This document shows, one piece after another, positions 38,945 through 48,127 of a stretch of DNA of 64,000 nt. The DNA is from an uncultured Alphaproteobacteria bacterium (GTDB lineage Bacteria; Pseudomonadota; Alphaproteobacteria; HIMB59; GCA-002718135). The stretch is from positions 140-64,139 of the forward strand of contig CACOIH010000003.1 in assembly GCA_902627245.1 (NCBI GenBank), in the 5' to 3' direction. How positions within the stretch are numbered: position 1 is the stretch's first letter; each line of letters starts with the position of its first letter. Under the pieces are notes generated by a model. It saw only the letters and a program-made list of their open reading frames with translations. It ran no database searches and had not been told where the DNA came from. The position numbers were made by a program, and so were the translations under genes.

Positions 38945-39952
38945 ATGACTATAAAATCAAAATATGTTGCCCTCAAAAATTATATACCTTTAGGTTTACC
39001 AAAAGAAATTGATTTTGAAATTAAATCAAGGCTTTTAGAATTGAATGATGAGAATAATATACATGTCAAAAACTCTTGGATATCTGTTGATCCTTACATG
39101 AGAGCAAGAATGACCGAAAGAAAAAACTATAAACCGCCATTTAATATAGGTGAAGAAATGGAAGGTTACGCAATTGGAACTGTTGAACAATCAGCTAGCG
39201 GTTCTTTTAATAAAGGTGATTTAGTATTTAGTAATAATGGTATGAGGGATAACTTTATTTGTAATGAAAAAGATTTAAAAAAAATTAATCCATCAAACTT
39301 ACCAATTCAATCATATTTGGGTCCTCTAGGAATGACAGGTCATACAGCCTATATTGGCCTATTTCAATATGGGAAACTTAAAGAGAAGCAAACTGTTCTC
39401 GTTTCTTCAGCAGGTGGAAGTGTTGGCTCAACTGTATGTCAAATTGCAAAAATGTTAGGTTGCAAAGTAATTGCTAGCACAGGATCAGATGAAAAAGTAG
39501 AATGGTTAAAAGAAGAGCTAAAAGTTGATCATGCTTTTAATTATAAAAAAATTGATAATATTGTTCTGCATTTGAAAGAAATATGTCCTGAAGGATTTGA
39601 TTTGTATTTTGATAACGTTGGAGGTGACTTTTTAGAAGCAGCAATTTTTAGAATGAAAAATTTTGGTAGAATTGTAATTTGTGGAAGAATTTCTCAAATG
39701 AATGCAACATCTTCACCAGGTGGATTAAAAAACATGGCTCATGTTCTTGTAAAACGTTTAACTATTAAGGGATTTTTAATATTCGATCATCAAAATGATC
39801 ATGAACCATTTGAAACAGATATGAAAAATTGGTTAATTAATGATAAAATTAAATTTAAAGAAACTGTTTATGAAGGGATTGAAAATGCCCCCAAAGCGTT
39901 TATTGATTTACTTAATGGGAAAAATATAGGAAAAATGTTGGTAAAAATTTAA
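38945..39952 (+). CDS. NADP-dependent MDR oxidoreductase (alkenal/enone double-bond reductase, YncB/PTGR1-like)
   Basis: Zinc-free MDR with the SAGGSVGSTVCQIAK nucleotide motif and a C-terminal GKNIGKMLVKI. Confidence 0.7.
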   Translation: MTIKSKYVALKNYIPLGLPKEIDFEIKSRLLELNDENNIHVKNSWISVDPYMRARMTERKNYKPPFNIGEEMEGYAIGTVEQSASGSFNKGDLVFSNNGMRDNFICNEKDLKKINPSNLPIQSYLGPLGMTGHTAYIGLFQYGKLKEKQTVLVSSAGGSVGSTVCQIAKMLGCKVIASTGSDEKVEWLKEELKVDHAFNYKKIDNIVLHLKEICPEGFDLYFDNVGGDFLEAAIFRMKNFGRIVICGRISQMNATSSPGGLKNMAHVLVKRLTIKGFLIFDHQNDHEPFETDMKNWLINDKIKFKETVYEGIENAPKAFIDLLNGKNIGKMLVKI

Positions 39953-41388
39953 ATGGTTACGTAAGGAGATGTTCCCCTATATTTGATATCCAATCTAAGT
40001 TCTTTGTCTATTGGTGGGAAGGCTCTTTGTTGACATTCGGTTCTAGGACAAATTCTACATGAAACACCAATTGGCATTTGAAGTTTTTTATTAGTTAAGT
40101 CTATCCCTTCCGAATAAACTAAATCCTTAGCATATTTCATATCGCACCCAAGTCCTATAGAAACAAAACTTTTTGGCATTCCGTGTTTTTCAACTCCTTT
40201 CTCAAAGGCTCTTGCTATACAAAAATAAACTTTACCATCTGGCATTTTAGATATTTGTGGATGAATTTTACCTGGATTTAAAAATGCGGTATAAACATTC
40301 CACCTTGGACATGACCCGCCATGTCGAGGTATGTGAATACCAGATAAAGAGAATCTTTTAGAAACATTTCCAGCGATATCAGTTTTTAAAAAATGAAAAG
40401 GAACACCTTCATTTCCAGGTCTTTGAAGATTCGTTAATCGATGAGTTACTTGTTCAAAACTACATGCATAGTGATGCATTAATATTTCAACATCGTATCT
40501 ATGAAGTTTTGCACTTTGTAAAAAATCATCATATGGCATCATAAATGCGGCAGCATAATAATTTAGTAATGATAGTTTCAGTAAGGGGACAACCTCTTCA
40601 GACTCAATGTTATTCTTTTGAATTACTTTTTCTATTATATCACTGGCTTCAAGGTATGCTACTTGTGATGCTAAATGAAAGTTTCTTGATGTATAAGTAA
40701 GCATCTCTGAAAGATAAAAAATTTTTGATTTCTCATCAAATCTTTTAACAATTTTTTCGTCCTCACTTACTGTGACAATTTTAACTTTGATATTGTGTTT
40801 AGTTTCAAGAAATTTAGTAAGCTTAGATCCTGAGCCAATATTAGGACCTATTTCTAAACCTATTTCTTCTCTTAATTTTTCAGAACTTATTTCAAGATCA
40901 TGAAAATAATTTTTGTTTTCTTGTAATATATCTGAAACTAATTCGACAGGCAATCTTGTGGGCTTATTGATTTCACCAGAAGTGACATCCATTGTTTCTA
41001 AGCGATTTTGCATATCCTCTTTAAAACTTTTAAAAGTATCATTGATTGTAAGTAGAGCTTTAGCAATGTTAGGATTTGATCCTATGAAATTGCTCGTGTC
41101 GTGGTTTGTAATTTTGAGATCATCAAAAATTTCATTACTTAAAACATCCATTACGTCAGATAGAAGTCGCTTGTTAGATTCTGCTGAGAAGTCTTTAATG
41201 GATAACTCAAGCTCATCTGCAGCTTTGATTAACAATGCAATTGGAATCTTACGTTTTCCATTTTCAATTAAATTTAAATAACTAGGTGATATTCCTATTG
41301 ATTTAGATAATTTTGCTTGCGAAAAACCCTTATCTATCCTTTGTTTTTTGAGTCTTGGACCTAAATTAATTTCTGTATTAGTATGCAT
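39949..41388 (-). CDS. XRE-family regulator with ImmA/IrrE (M78) peptidase-like and DUF2083 domains (ScfR/RamB/PrpR type)
   Basis: N-terminal HTH (GFSQAKLSKSIGISPSYLNLIENGKR) and a C-terminal cysteine pattern GGSCPRW...C...CRICPRTECQQRAFPP. Confidence 0.75.
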   Translation of the reverse strand: MHTNTEINLGPRLKKQRIDKGFSQAKLSKSIGISPSYLNLIENGKRKIPIALLIKAADELELSIKDFSAESNKRLLSDVMDVLSNEIFDDLKITNHDTSNFIGSNPNIAKALLTINDTFKSFKEDMQNRLETMDVTSGEINKPTRLPVELVSDILQENKNYFHDLEISSEKLREEIGLEIGPNIGSGSKLTKFLETKHNIKVKIVTVSEDEKIVKRFDEKSKIFYLSEMLTYTSRNFHLASQVAYLEASDIIEKVIQKNNIESEEVVPLLKLSLLNYYAAAFMMPYDDFLQSAKLHRYDVEILMHHYACSFEQVTHRLTNLQRPGNEGVPFHFLKTDIAGNVSKRFSLSGIHIPRHGGSCPRWNVYTAFLNPGKIHPQISKMPDGKVYFCIARAFEKGVEKHGMPKSFVSIGLGCDMKYAKDLVYSEGIDLTNKKLQMPIGVSCRICPRTECQQRAFPPIDKELRLDIKYRGTSPYVTI

Positions 41389-41405
41389 TTACAAAATTTA
41401 CAAAA
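41387..41405. promoter_or_regulatory. tandem 9-nt repeat TTTACAAAA x2 abutting the regulator start codon
   Basis: CATTTACAAAATTTACAAAATTTAT. The CAT is the reverse complement of the regulator's ATG. Confidence 0.4.
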
Positions 41406-41480
41406 TTTATTTTCAATAAGTAATTTTGTTTACATGAAAAACAAGAAAATTACTAGTTTTTTTTGATTTTTTTGTATAAG

Positions 41481-41497
41481 TGTAAATATTGTAAATT
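41481..41497. promoter_or_regulatory. inverted counterpart: TGTAAAT x2 in 9-nt phase abutting the small-ORF start codon
   Basis: TGTAAATATTGTAAATTATG. Its reverse complement, CATAATTTACAATATTTACA, mirrors the left repeat block. Confidence 0.4.
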
Positions 41498-41677
41498 ATG
41501 AATAGTAAATTAACAGAAAATATTAAAAATCAAAGAGAAAATTTAGAACAGAGTTCTATTGAGAAAAAGGTCCTTGAAGGATCTATAGACTCCAACTATG
41601 ATCTTAACTTAGCTGAAGGTATAGAAGCATATTATAGTGAAAGATACGGTTGGACTCTCAGAAGAAAATCTATCTAA
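41498..41677 (+). CDS. unlisted 59-aa ORF divergent from the regulator (hypothetical)
   Basis: ATG to TAA, translating to MNSKLTENIKNQRENLEQSSIEKKVLEGSIDSNYDLNLAEGIEAYYSERYGWTLRRKSI. A plus-strand terminator follows. I recognised no family. Confidence 0.3.
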   Translation: MNSKLTENIKNQRENLEQSSIEKKVLEGSIDSNYDLNLAEGIEAYYSERYGWTLRRKSI

Positions 41678-41748
41678 CTTTTATCTCTATTTAGGGTTTA
41701 TTTCCTCCCTAATTAAATGGTTTCCTTCCTTCTAAACAAGACATTATA

Positions 41749-41780
41749 CTTAGGCTAGAAACGGCCTAAGTTTTTGTTTT
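41749..41780 (+). terminator. rho-independent terminator (plus-strand polarity)
   Basis: CTTAGGC-tagaaacg-GCCTAAG followed by TTTTTGTTTT. It also lies directly 3' of the convergent GMC gene. Confidence 0.6.
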
Positions 41781-43371
41781 AACTCAAAATTGTATCTGCA
41801 GCTTTCTCGGCAATCATCACAACATTAGCATTTAGATTGGCACTAACAATATCAGGCATAATTGAAGCATCTATAACTCGCAAATTTTGGACTCCATGAA
41901 CTCTAGTATCTTGATCAACTACAGAATCTTTATCAATGCCCATTTTGTTAGTACATGAAGGATGGTATGCAGATTCTGCAGTATTTCTAATCACTTCATC
42001 TAATTCTTCTTGATTTACAACTTGCTTTCCTGGCCTTATTTCATAATCAACGTAATCTGAAAGAGATTTTTGAGAACAAATATTTTGAGCAATTTTAATG
42101 CTTTGCCTCATTTGCTCTAAATCCTCTTTATGCTGTAGATAATTAAATTGAATTTTTGGATCTTTGGTAAAATCATCAGATGAAATTCTAACAAAACCTC
42201 TACTTTTTGGTCTATTTGGACAGGCATGAAATTGGAATGAGTCAAATTTTGGATTTTCTAAACCATGATTAATAACTAAAGAAGGGAAGAAATGAAATTG
42301 AAGATTTGGATGATTATAGTTAGGACTTGATTTTACAAAACCTCCAAGTTCTAAATGAGAATGTGATAGCTTACCTTTTCTCATCAAAAACCATTTTGCA
42401 CCTTCGATACATTGCGTAATCATATTAGTTGATAAATTATATAAAGTATCTTTACTTTTAGATTTATACTGTATGTAAAATTCTAAGTGATCTTGTAAAT
42501 TTTCCCCCACCCCTCTTAGATGATTAATTACTTTAATTCCTAAATCTTTAAGATGGTTATGATTTCCAATTCCAGATAGTTGTAAAATTTTTGGCGAGTT
42601 TATTGCTCCCGCACTCAAAATTACTTCTTTATTAGCAAAGTATTTTTTAGTTTGATTATTTGTTAAATATTCTATTCCAATAGCTACATTATTTTCAAAA
42701 ATTATTCTTTTCACATATGTGTTCTTTATAATTTTTAAATTTTTTCTATTTTTAATTGGATCGAGATAAGCTTTAGCAATACTTTGCCTAACTCCTTTAT
42801 CTATAGTAACATCAAAAGTTCCAAAACCTTCATTATTATCACCATTTGAGTCTTCAAATAAATTGTAACCTGCTTCATTAGCTGCTTTTGTAACAGCTTC
42901 AAAAAGTGGAAATTTTTTATCAATGGTTGATTTATTTACCTTTAAAGGCCCTTGAGAGCCTCTTAAAATATTATTTCCAGACCAAGTTTCTAGTTTTTTA
43001 AAAAATGGCAATACTTTTTCATAACTCCATTTATCTAAGCCGTACGATGCCCATCTATCAAAATCTTCTTTATGACCTCTTGCAAAAACCATACCATTAT
43101 GAGATGAACATCCTCCTAACATTTTACCTCTAGGACAATATAAACTTCTATTATTTAAATATGGTTCAGGCTCAGTATAATATTTCCAATTATATTTAGA
43201 GTCATGCATTACATATAAAAGTGCACTTGGCATATCAACCTTCCAAGTATTATTTGATGGACCTGCTTCAAATAAAGCTATGGTATTTGTCGATTTCGCT
43301 GATAATCTATTTGCTAATACGCAACCTGCAGATCCTGCACCAATTATTATATAATCTGCATTTGCAATCAC
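41779..43371 (-). CDS. GMC-family FAD oxidoreductase (choline dehydrogenase-like)
   Basis: N-terminal DYIIIGAGSAGCVLANRLS and GMC signature blocks. The C-terminal HPSCTNKMG and RVIDASIMP blocks contain the active-site His. Confidence 0.8.
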   Translation of the reverse strand: MIANADYIIIGAGSAGCVLANRLSAKSTNTIALFEAGPSNNTWKVDMPSALLYVMHDSKYNWKYYTEPEPYLNNRSLYCPRGKMLGGCSSHNGMVFARGHKEDFDRWASYGLDKWSYEKVLPFFKKLETWSGNNILRGSQGPLKVNKSTIDKKFPLFEAVTKAANEAGYNLFEDSNGDNNEGFGTFDVTIDKGVRQSIAKAYLDPIKNRKNLKIIKNTYVKRIIFENNVAIGIEYLTNNQTKKYFANKEVILSAGAINSPKILQLSGIGNHNHLKDLGIKVINHLRGVGENLQDHLEFYIQYKSKSKDTLYNLSTNMITQCIEGAKWFLMRKGKLSHSHLELGGFVKSSPNYNHPNLQFHFFPSLVINHGLENPKFDSFQFHACPNRPKSRGFVRISSDDFTKDPKIQFNYLQHKEDLEQMRQSIKIAQNICSQKSLSDYVDYEIRPGKQVVNQEELDEVIRNTAESAYHPSCTNKMGIDKDSVVDQDTRVHGVQNLRVIDASIMPDIVSANLNANVVMIAEKAADTILS

Positions 43372-44153
43372 TAATTCATTCTTTCTGTATTACCGTCCAC
43401 ACTGATAATCTGGCCAGAAATATTTTCAGAATCTTTACTTAACAAAAATAAAACCATTGATGCAATGTTTTCTTTTGTAACAAAAGTTCCCAAAGAAACC
43501 ATAGACTCAAATTCTTTTTTTACATTTTTTGGATTTGTTTTTGTTAATTTAGCTTTTGCATTAACAACTCTTTTCATTCTATCACCCTCAACAGATCCTG
43601 GACATATAGCATTTACTCTTATTTTGTATTTACCTAGTTCCATAGCTAAGGTTTTTGTTAAACCTATAATTGCCCATTTACTTGCAGTATATGGTGATCT
43701 TTGAGCAAATCCAAAAATACCTGCTGTTGATGAAAGATTTATGATTGAAGCTTTTGTTGATTTTTTTAATAAAGGTATTGCAAATTTTGTGTAATAAAAA
43801 TGACTATTAAGATTTGTGTTTATAGTTGTTTTCCAATCATCAATATTTATATTTTCAATATATTCTGTTGGTCCAGCAATACCAATATTATTAATTAAAC
43901 CATCAATTTTTTTTTGAGATTTAATTTCATTAAAATAATTTCTGACTTCTTTTGCATCAGTGCAATCAATACATTGAGCAAATATTTTATTTCTAAAATT
44001 TTTGTTTTTATTGATTTTTTCGATTTTTTTGCGATTTTTATCTGTTAGAAAAACTTTACCACCTGCGTTTATTATTTTTTTAGAAATTTCAAAACCAATT
44101 CCATCTCCAGCAGCAGAAATAATATATTTTTTGTTTTTTAAACTTATACTCAT
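43371..44153 (-). CDS. short-chain dehydrogenase/reductase (classical SDR)
   Basis: SAAGDGIGFE cofactor motif, NNIGIAG and YTASKWA (YxxxK). It overlaps the GMC start by 1 nt. Confidence 0.8.
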   Translation of the reverse strand: MSISLKNKKYIISAAGDGIGFEISKKIINAGGKVFLTDKNRKKIEKINKNKNFRNKIFAQCIDCTDAKEVRNYFNEIKSQKKIDGLINNIGIAGPTEYIENINIDDWKTTINTNLNSHFYYTKFAIPLLKKSTKASIINLSSTAGIFGFAQRSPYTASKWAIIGLTKTLAMELGKYKIRVNAICPGSVEGDRMKRVVNAKAKLTKTNPKNVKKEFESMVSLGTFVTKENIASMVLFLLSKDSENISGQIISVDGNTERMN

Positions 44154-44413
44154 AAAAACTTAAGTTCTTCCATAGTTATATAGCCTAGTGTCTTTCCTTT
44201 ATTATTGATTACTACCACAGTTAAGTTGTCTTTTACAATCTTGTCTTTAAATTTTTTAATAATTACATTTTCATTTACTTTAAATATATCACCTAAAGTT
44301 AATTTTGAATGATCAAAATTGGTTTTATCAATCATAATATCTTTTGCTTTTGAGTTGTAAAATTTAGTTTCTTTACTTTTAAATAAATTAAAAAAATTAG
44401 ATAAAAAAAACAT
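44150..44413 (-). CDS. small stand-alone CBS-domain-like protein
   Basis: 87 aa. The AKDIM...VVVINNKGKTLGYITMEEL pattern resembles a single CBS motif. It has a 4-nt overlap with the SDR gene. Confidence 0.4.
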   Translation of the reverse strand: MFFLSNFFNLFKSKETKFYNSKAKDIMIDKTNFDHSKLTLGDIFKVNENVIIKKFKDKIVKDNLTVVVINNKGKTLGYITMEELKFL

Positions 44414-44447
44414 ATATTAATTAATTATATTAATAAAAAATATCTAT

Positions 44448-46067
44448 TTATAAAGATCTCTTATTCAATAAATTGGTTAACCAATCTGGATCCATTTCCG
44501 GAACTGAGGATAATAGTAATTCAGTGTAATCTGGGTATGGTGGATTAAGAATTTTGCTTTTCAAACCTTGTTCAACAACTTCTCCTTGATACATAACCAC
44601 TATTTCATCTGAGATCGCTTTAACAGTTGCTATATCATGAGTTATAAAAATATAGGTAACACCAAGATCTTTTTGTAATTTTTGGAGTAGTTTTAATATT
44701 CCCTCTTGAACTATTTGATCTAATGCTGATGTAACTTCATCACAAATGATTAAATCTGGGTTGGCCGCTAAAGCTCGAGCAATACAAATTCTTTGTTTTT
44801 GACCTCCTGATAATTCAGATGGCAATCTATCAAGAAAACTCTCATCAAGCTCAATCATTTTTAAAAGTTCAATAACTTTATTTTCACGCTCTTTTCCTTT
44901 AATACCATGATAAAACTCTAGAGGTCTTCCAATAATTTCATCAACTGTTTGACGAGGATTCATCGCTGTGTCAGGCATTTGAAATATTATTTGAATTCTC
45001 CTTAATTGTTCTCTAGTTCTGTTTTCAAGCTTTGGTGGTAATTTTTCTCCATCAAAAATTATATTGCCTTTAAGTTGAGGTAATAAACCAGTTACTACCC
45101 TTGCGGTTGTTGATTTACCAGAACCACTCTCACCAACTATTGCAACAGTTTTTCCTTTAGGAATATCTATTGAGACATTATGTAATACTTTTGATGATCC
45201 ATATGCTGCATCAATATTTCTAATAGATAACATCATATTATCACTAGTTTCTTCAGGCTTAATTAAAGATCTTACAGACCATAATGACTTTGTATAATCT
45301 TCCTTTGGATTAGATAACATTTCTCTTGTCTCTGCTTCTTCTACCTCTTCTCCGTATCGTAAAACTTTAATTCTATCTGCCATTTGAGCTACTACTGCTA
45401 AGTCATGAGTTATGTAAATTGCAGCAGTATTAAATTGATCTACAATTTTTCTCATAGCTGATAGTACTTCTACTTGAGTTGTTACATCTAAAGCAGTTGT
45501 TGGCTCATCAAATATAATTAACTCAGGTCTAGGCGACATAGCCATAGCTGTCATAACTCTTTGCAACTGACCTCCAGACACTTGATGAGGATAACGCGAT
45601 CCAATATTTTCAGGTTCAGGCAATTGCAAAGAACGATATAATTCAATTGCATCTTTTTTTAAATTTTCAGATGTATCTAATTTCATTCTATTGCCTGCAC
45701 TAATTGTTTGCTCCATTAATCTGTGAGCAGGATTAAATGAGGCAGCAGCTGACTGAGCTACATAGGAAATTTTAGTGCCCCAAATTTTTCTTTTTTCGTA
45801 TTCATTTAGTTTAGCAAGATCAGTTCCATCAAAAATAACTTTACCACTGATTATCTTACAACCAGGTTGAGTATATCCCATTGCGGCTTTACCTAAAGTA
45901 GACTTACCTGCACCACTTTCTCCTATTAAACCTAATATTTCACCTCTGTTTAAGGTCAAATTAATTCCTTTTATGATTTTATGCCAACGCTCATCCGAAA
46001 ATCCATCAATTTTAATATTTTCTATAGTTAATAATAAATCACCTTTTTTATTGTTATTTGACATCAT
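44448..46067 (-). CDS. ABC transporter ATP-binding protein with two fused ATPase domains (Dpp/Opp D-F type)
   Basis: Two Walker A motifs (GESGAGKST, GESGSGKST), two signatures (VSGGQLQR, LSGGQKQR) and two Walker B motifs. Confidence 0.9.
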   Translation of the reverse strand: MMSNNNKKGDLLLTIENIKIDGFSDERWHKIIKGINLTLNRGEILGLIGESGAGKSTLGKAAMGYTQPGCKIISGKVIFDGTDLAKLNEYEKRKIWGTKISYVAQSAAASFNPAHRLMEQTISAGNRMKLDTSENLKKDAIELYRSLQLPEPENIGSRYPHQVSGGQLQRVMTAMAMSPRPELIIFDEPTTALDVTTQVEVLSAMRKIVDQFNTAAIYITHDLAVVAQMADRIKVLRYGEEVEEAETREMLSNPKEDYTKSLWSVRSLIKPEETSDNMMLSIRNIDAAYGSSKVLHNVSIDIPKGKTVAIVGESGSGKSTTARVVTGLLPQLKGNIIFDGEKLPPKLENRTREQLRRIQIIFQMPDTAMNPRQTVDEIIGRPLEFYHGIKGKERENKVIELLKMIELDESFLDRLPSELSGGQKQRICIARALAANPDLIICDEVTSALDQIVQEGILKLLQKLQKDLGVTYIFITHDIATVKAISDEIVVMYQGEVVEQGLKSKILNPPYPDYTELLLSSVPEMDPDWLTNLLNKRSL

Positions 46068-46974
46068 CTTTTAATCCACTTGTTATGTACAAATACCAAT
46101 CAACAACAAAATTTATTGATACACAAAGTAATGCGATAGCTGCAGCAGGAATTAATGGAGTTAAACCTGCAGTAATATCATATTGTGCATATTGGATTAG
46201 AATTGCATTCTCTCTAACCATAGATGCCCAATCAGCAGATGGTGGTTGAATACCAATTCCTAAAAAACTTAAACTCGAAATAGTAAAGATTATAAAAATA
46301 AACCTTAGACCAAATTCTATAATTAATGGTGAAGCTATATTGGGCAGTATTTCTCTATAAATAATATACGATAATTTTTCTCCTCTTAATCTTGCCACCT
46401 CCACATACTCTAAAACTACCTGGCCTACAGCAACTGATCTTGAAATTCTAAAAAATCTTGTTGATTCTAAGATTCCCAAAATCAAGATAAGATTTAGATT
46501 TGTAGGTCCAAAAACAGAAAGAAGAATAAAAGTAAAAATCATAACTGGTATGGACATTAATGTATCTACAATTCTACTTAAAATTTGATCAACATATCTT
46601 CTATCTAATGCCGCAATAATACCTAACACAGTACCAATAAATAACGCAAGAATAGTAGCTATTAAACAAATACCAATTGTGTTTCTAGCAGCAAAAATTA
46701 TTCTTGAAAATATATCTCTACCGATTTGGTCTGTTCCAAAAATATGACCGTCACCCCAAGGAGCATATGCTACAGGAAAAATTTCAGCTTCTCCGTGAGG
46801 CGCTATGAAAGGTGCAAATATAGCAGCAAAAAAATAAATAAACAAAACTATCATTCCGAACCATGCTGAAAATGGAGCTTTTGATAAAGCAATTTTTAAT
46901 CTTTCAAACTTAGTTCTTCTTTGAACCAAATTTGCAACTTCACCTTTTGCAGAATATGAGAGGTTTTCGCTCAT
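46054..46974 (-). CDS. ABC transporter permease (DppC/OppC-like)
   Basis: 306 aa with an N-terminal OppC-type segment and BPD-transporter core. It overlaps the neighbouring genes by 14 and 4 nt. Confidence 0.85.
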   Translation of the reverse strand: MSENLSYSAKGEVANLVQRRTKFERLKIALSKAPFSAWFGMIVLFIYFFAAIFAPFIAPHGEAEIFPVAYAPWGDGHIFGTDQIGRDIFSRIIFAARNTIGICLIATILALFIGTVLGIIAALDRRYVDQILSRIVDTLMSIPVMIFTFILLSVFGPTNLNLILILGILESTRFFRISRSVAVGQVVLEYVEVARLRGEKLSYIIYREILPNIASPLIIEFGLRFIFIIFTISSLSFLGIGIQPPSADWASMVRENAILIQYAQYDITAGLTPLIPAAAIALLCVSINFVVDWYLYITSGLKDDVK

Positions 46975-47969
46975 TTAGGATACAAAAGTCTAGGGTTAGA
47001 AATTATACCAATTAAGTCTGCGATTAAATTTAATATAACATATGTTGATGCAAATATTAATGCACATGCTTGAACTACAGGAAGGTCTCTATTGTAAACT
47101 GAACCTACCATTAGTCTGCCAATACCTTGGTAATTAAAAACATATTCAACAACTACTGAACCAATCAACATGTATGCTAAATTGATAGCAATAACCTGTG
47201 CGATAGGAGCCCATGCATTTGGAAGAGCATGCTTAACAACAACTTCATATCTTGATGCTCCAGATAGTTTTGCCATTTCAATATATTCACTTGATAGAAT
47301 ATTTATAATAGCTGATCTTGTCATTCTCATCATATGGCCCAAAGTAACTAAAGTTAAAGTAAAAACTGGAAGTGCTGTCCTGTAAAATCTTTCTATTAAA
47401 GTAGTATTTTCATCTACATTAGATATGGTTGGGAAAACTGGAAATAAAGTTGCTAATAAAAGAATGAATATGTAAGCAGTAAAAAATTCTGGGGATGAAA
47501 CTGTAACCAAACTAAATCCAGTAGCCGATCTATCATAATATGAGTTTCTATATAAAGCAGATGATATTCCTAATATTAGCGATAAAGGAATAGCAAACAA
47601 GGCGCATACACCTGTTAAAAATAAAGTATTTTTTAGTCTTGGTATAATTAAGCCTACCACTTCTCTTGATCTATCTCCTTGATCACCCTGGACTTTAGAT
47701 CTGCCAGAAAATGAACTTCCAAAGTCTCCCTGAAAAACATTGCCTAACCATTCAAAATATCTTGTAACTGGAGGCTTATCTAATCCTAATTCTGCCCTCA
47801 ATGCTTTGACAGCTGACTTAGTTGCACTTTGTCCTAAAATTTCTGTTGCAAAGTCCCCAGGCAAAAAAGAAAAGGTACTAAAAATAATTACAGAAAATGC
47901 AAATACCGTAATTAGACCAAGACTGAGCCTTAATAAGATTGTCCTAAATATTGGATGAATTCTGCTAAT
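46971..47969 (-). CDS. ABC transporter permease (DppB/OppB-like), probable non-canonical ATT start
   Basis: The open frame upstream of the ORF-track TTG start encodes the expected first TM helix (IHPIFRTILLRLSLGLITVFAFSVIIFSTFSFLPGDF). It contains no ATG, GTG or TTG. AGGAGG lies 5 nt upstream of the ATT at 47969-47967. Confidence 0.7.
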   Translation of the reverse strand: MSRIHPIFRTILLRLSLGLITVFAFSVIIFSTFSFLPGDFATEILGQSATKSAVKALRAELGLDKPPVTRYFEWLGNVFQGDFGSSFSGRSKVQGDQGDRSREVVGLIIPRLKNTLFLTGVCALFAIPLSLILGISSALYRNSYYDRSATGFSLVTVSSPEFFTAYIFILLLATLFPVFPTISNVDENTTLIERFYRTALPVFTLTLVTLGHMMRMTRSAIINILSSEYIEMAKLSGASRYEVVVKHALPNAWAPIAQVIAINLAYMLIGSVVVEYVFNYQGIGRLMVGSVYNRDLPVVQACALIFASTYVILNLIADLIGIISNPRLLYPK

Positions 47970-48127
47970 TTTTTCCTCCTGAATGAAACACGGTTATTTT
48001 TTAAGGTTATCTCTAAAATAGGTCAATATGCAACCTAAAATTCATAAATTATCCGTTGAATTAAAACAGTATATATGTTTGTATATATTAACTTAAGTTT
48101 GTTTTTTGTTAAATTTCTAGAAATTAT

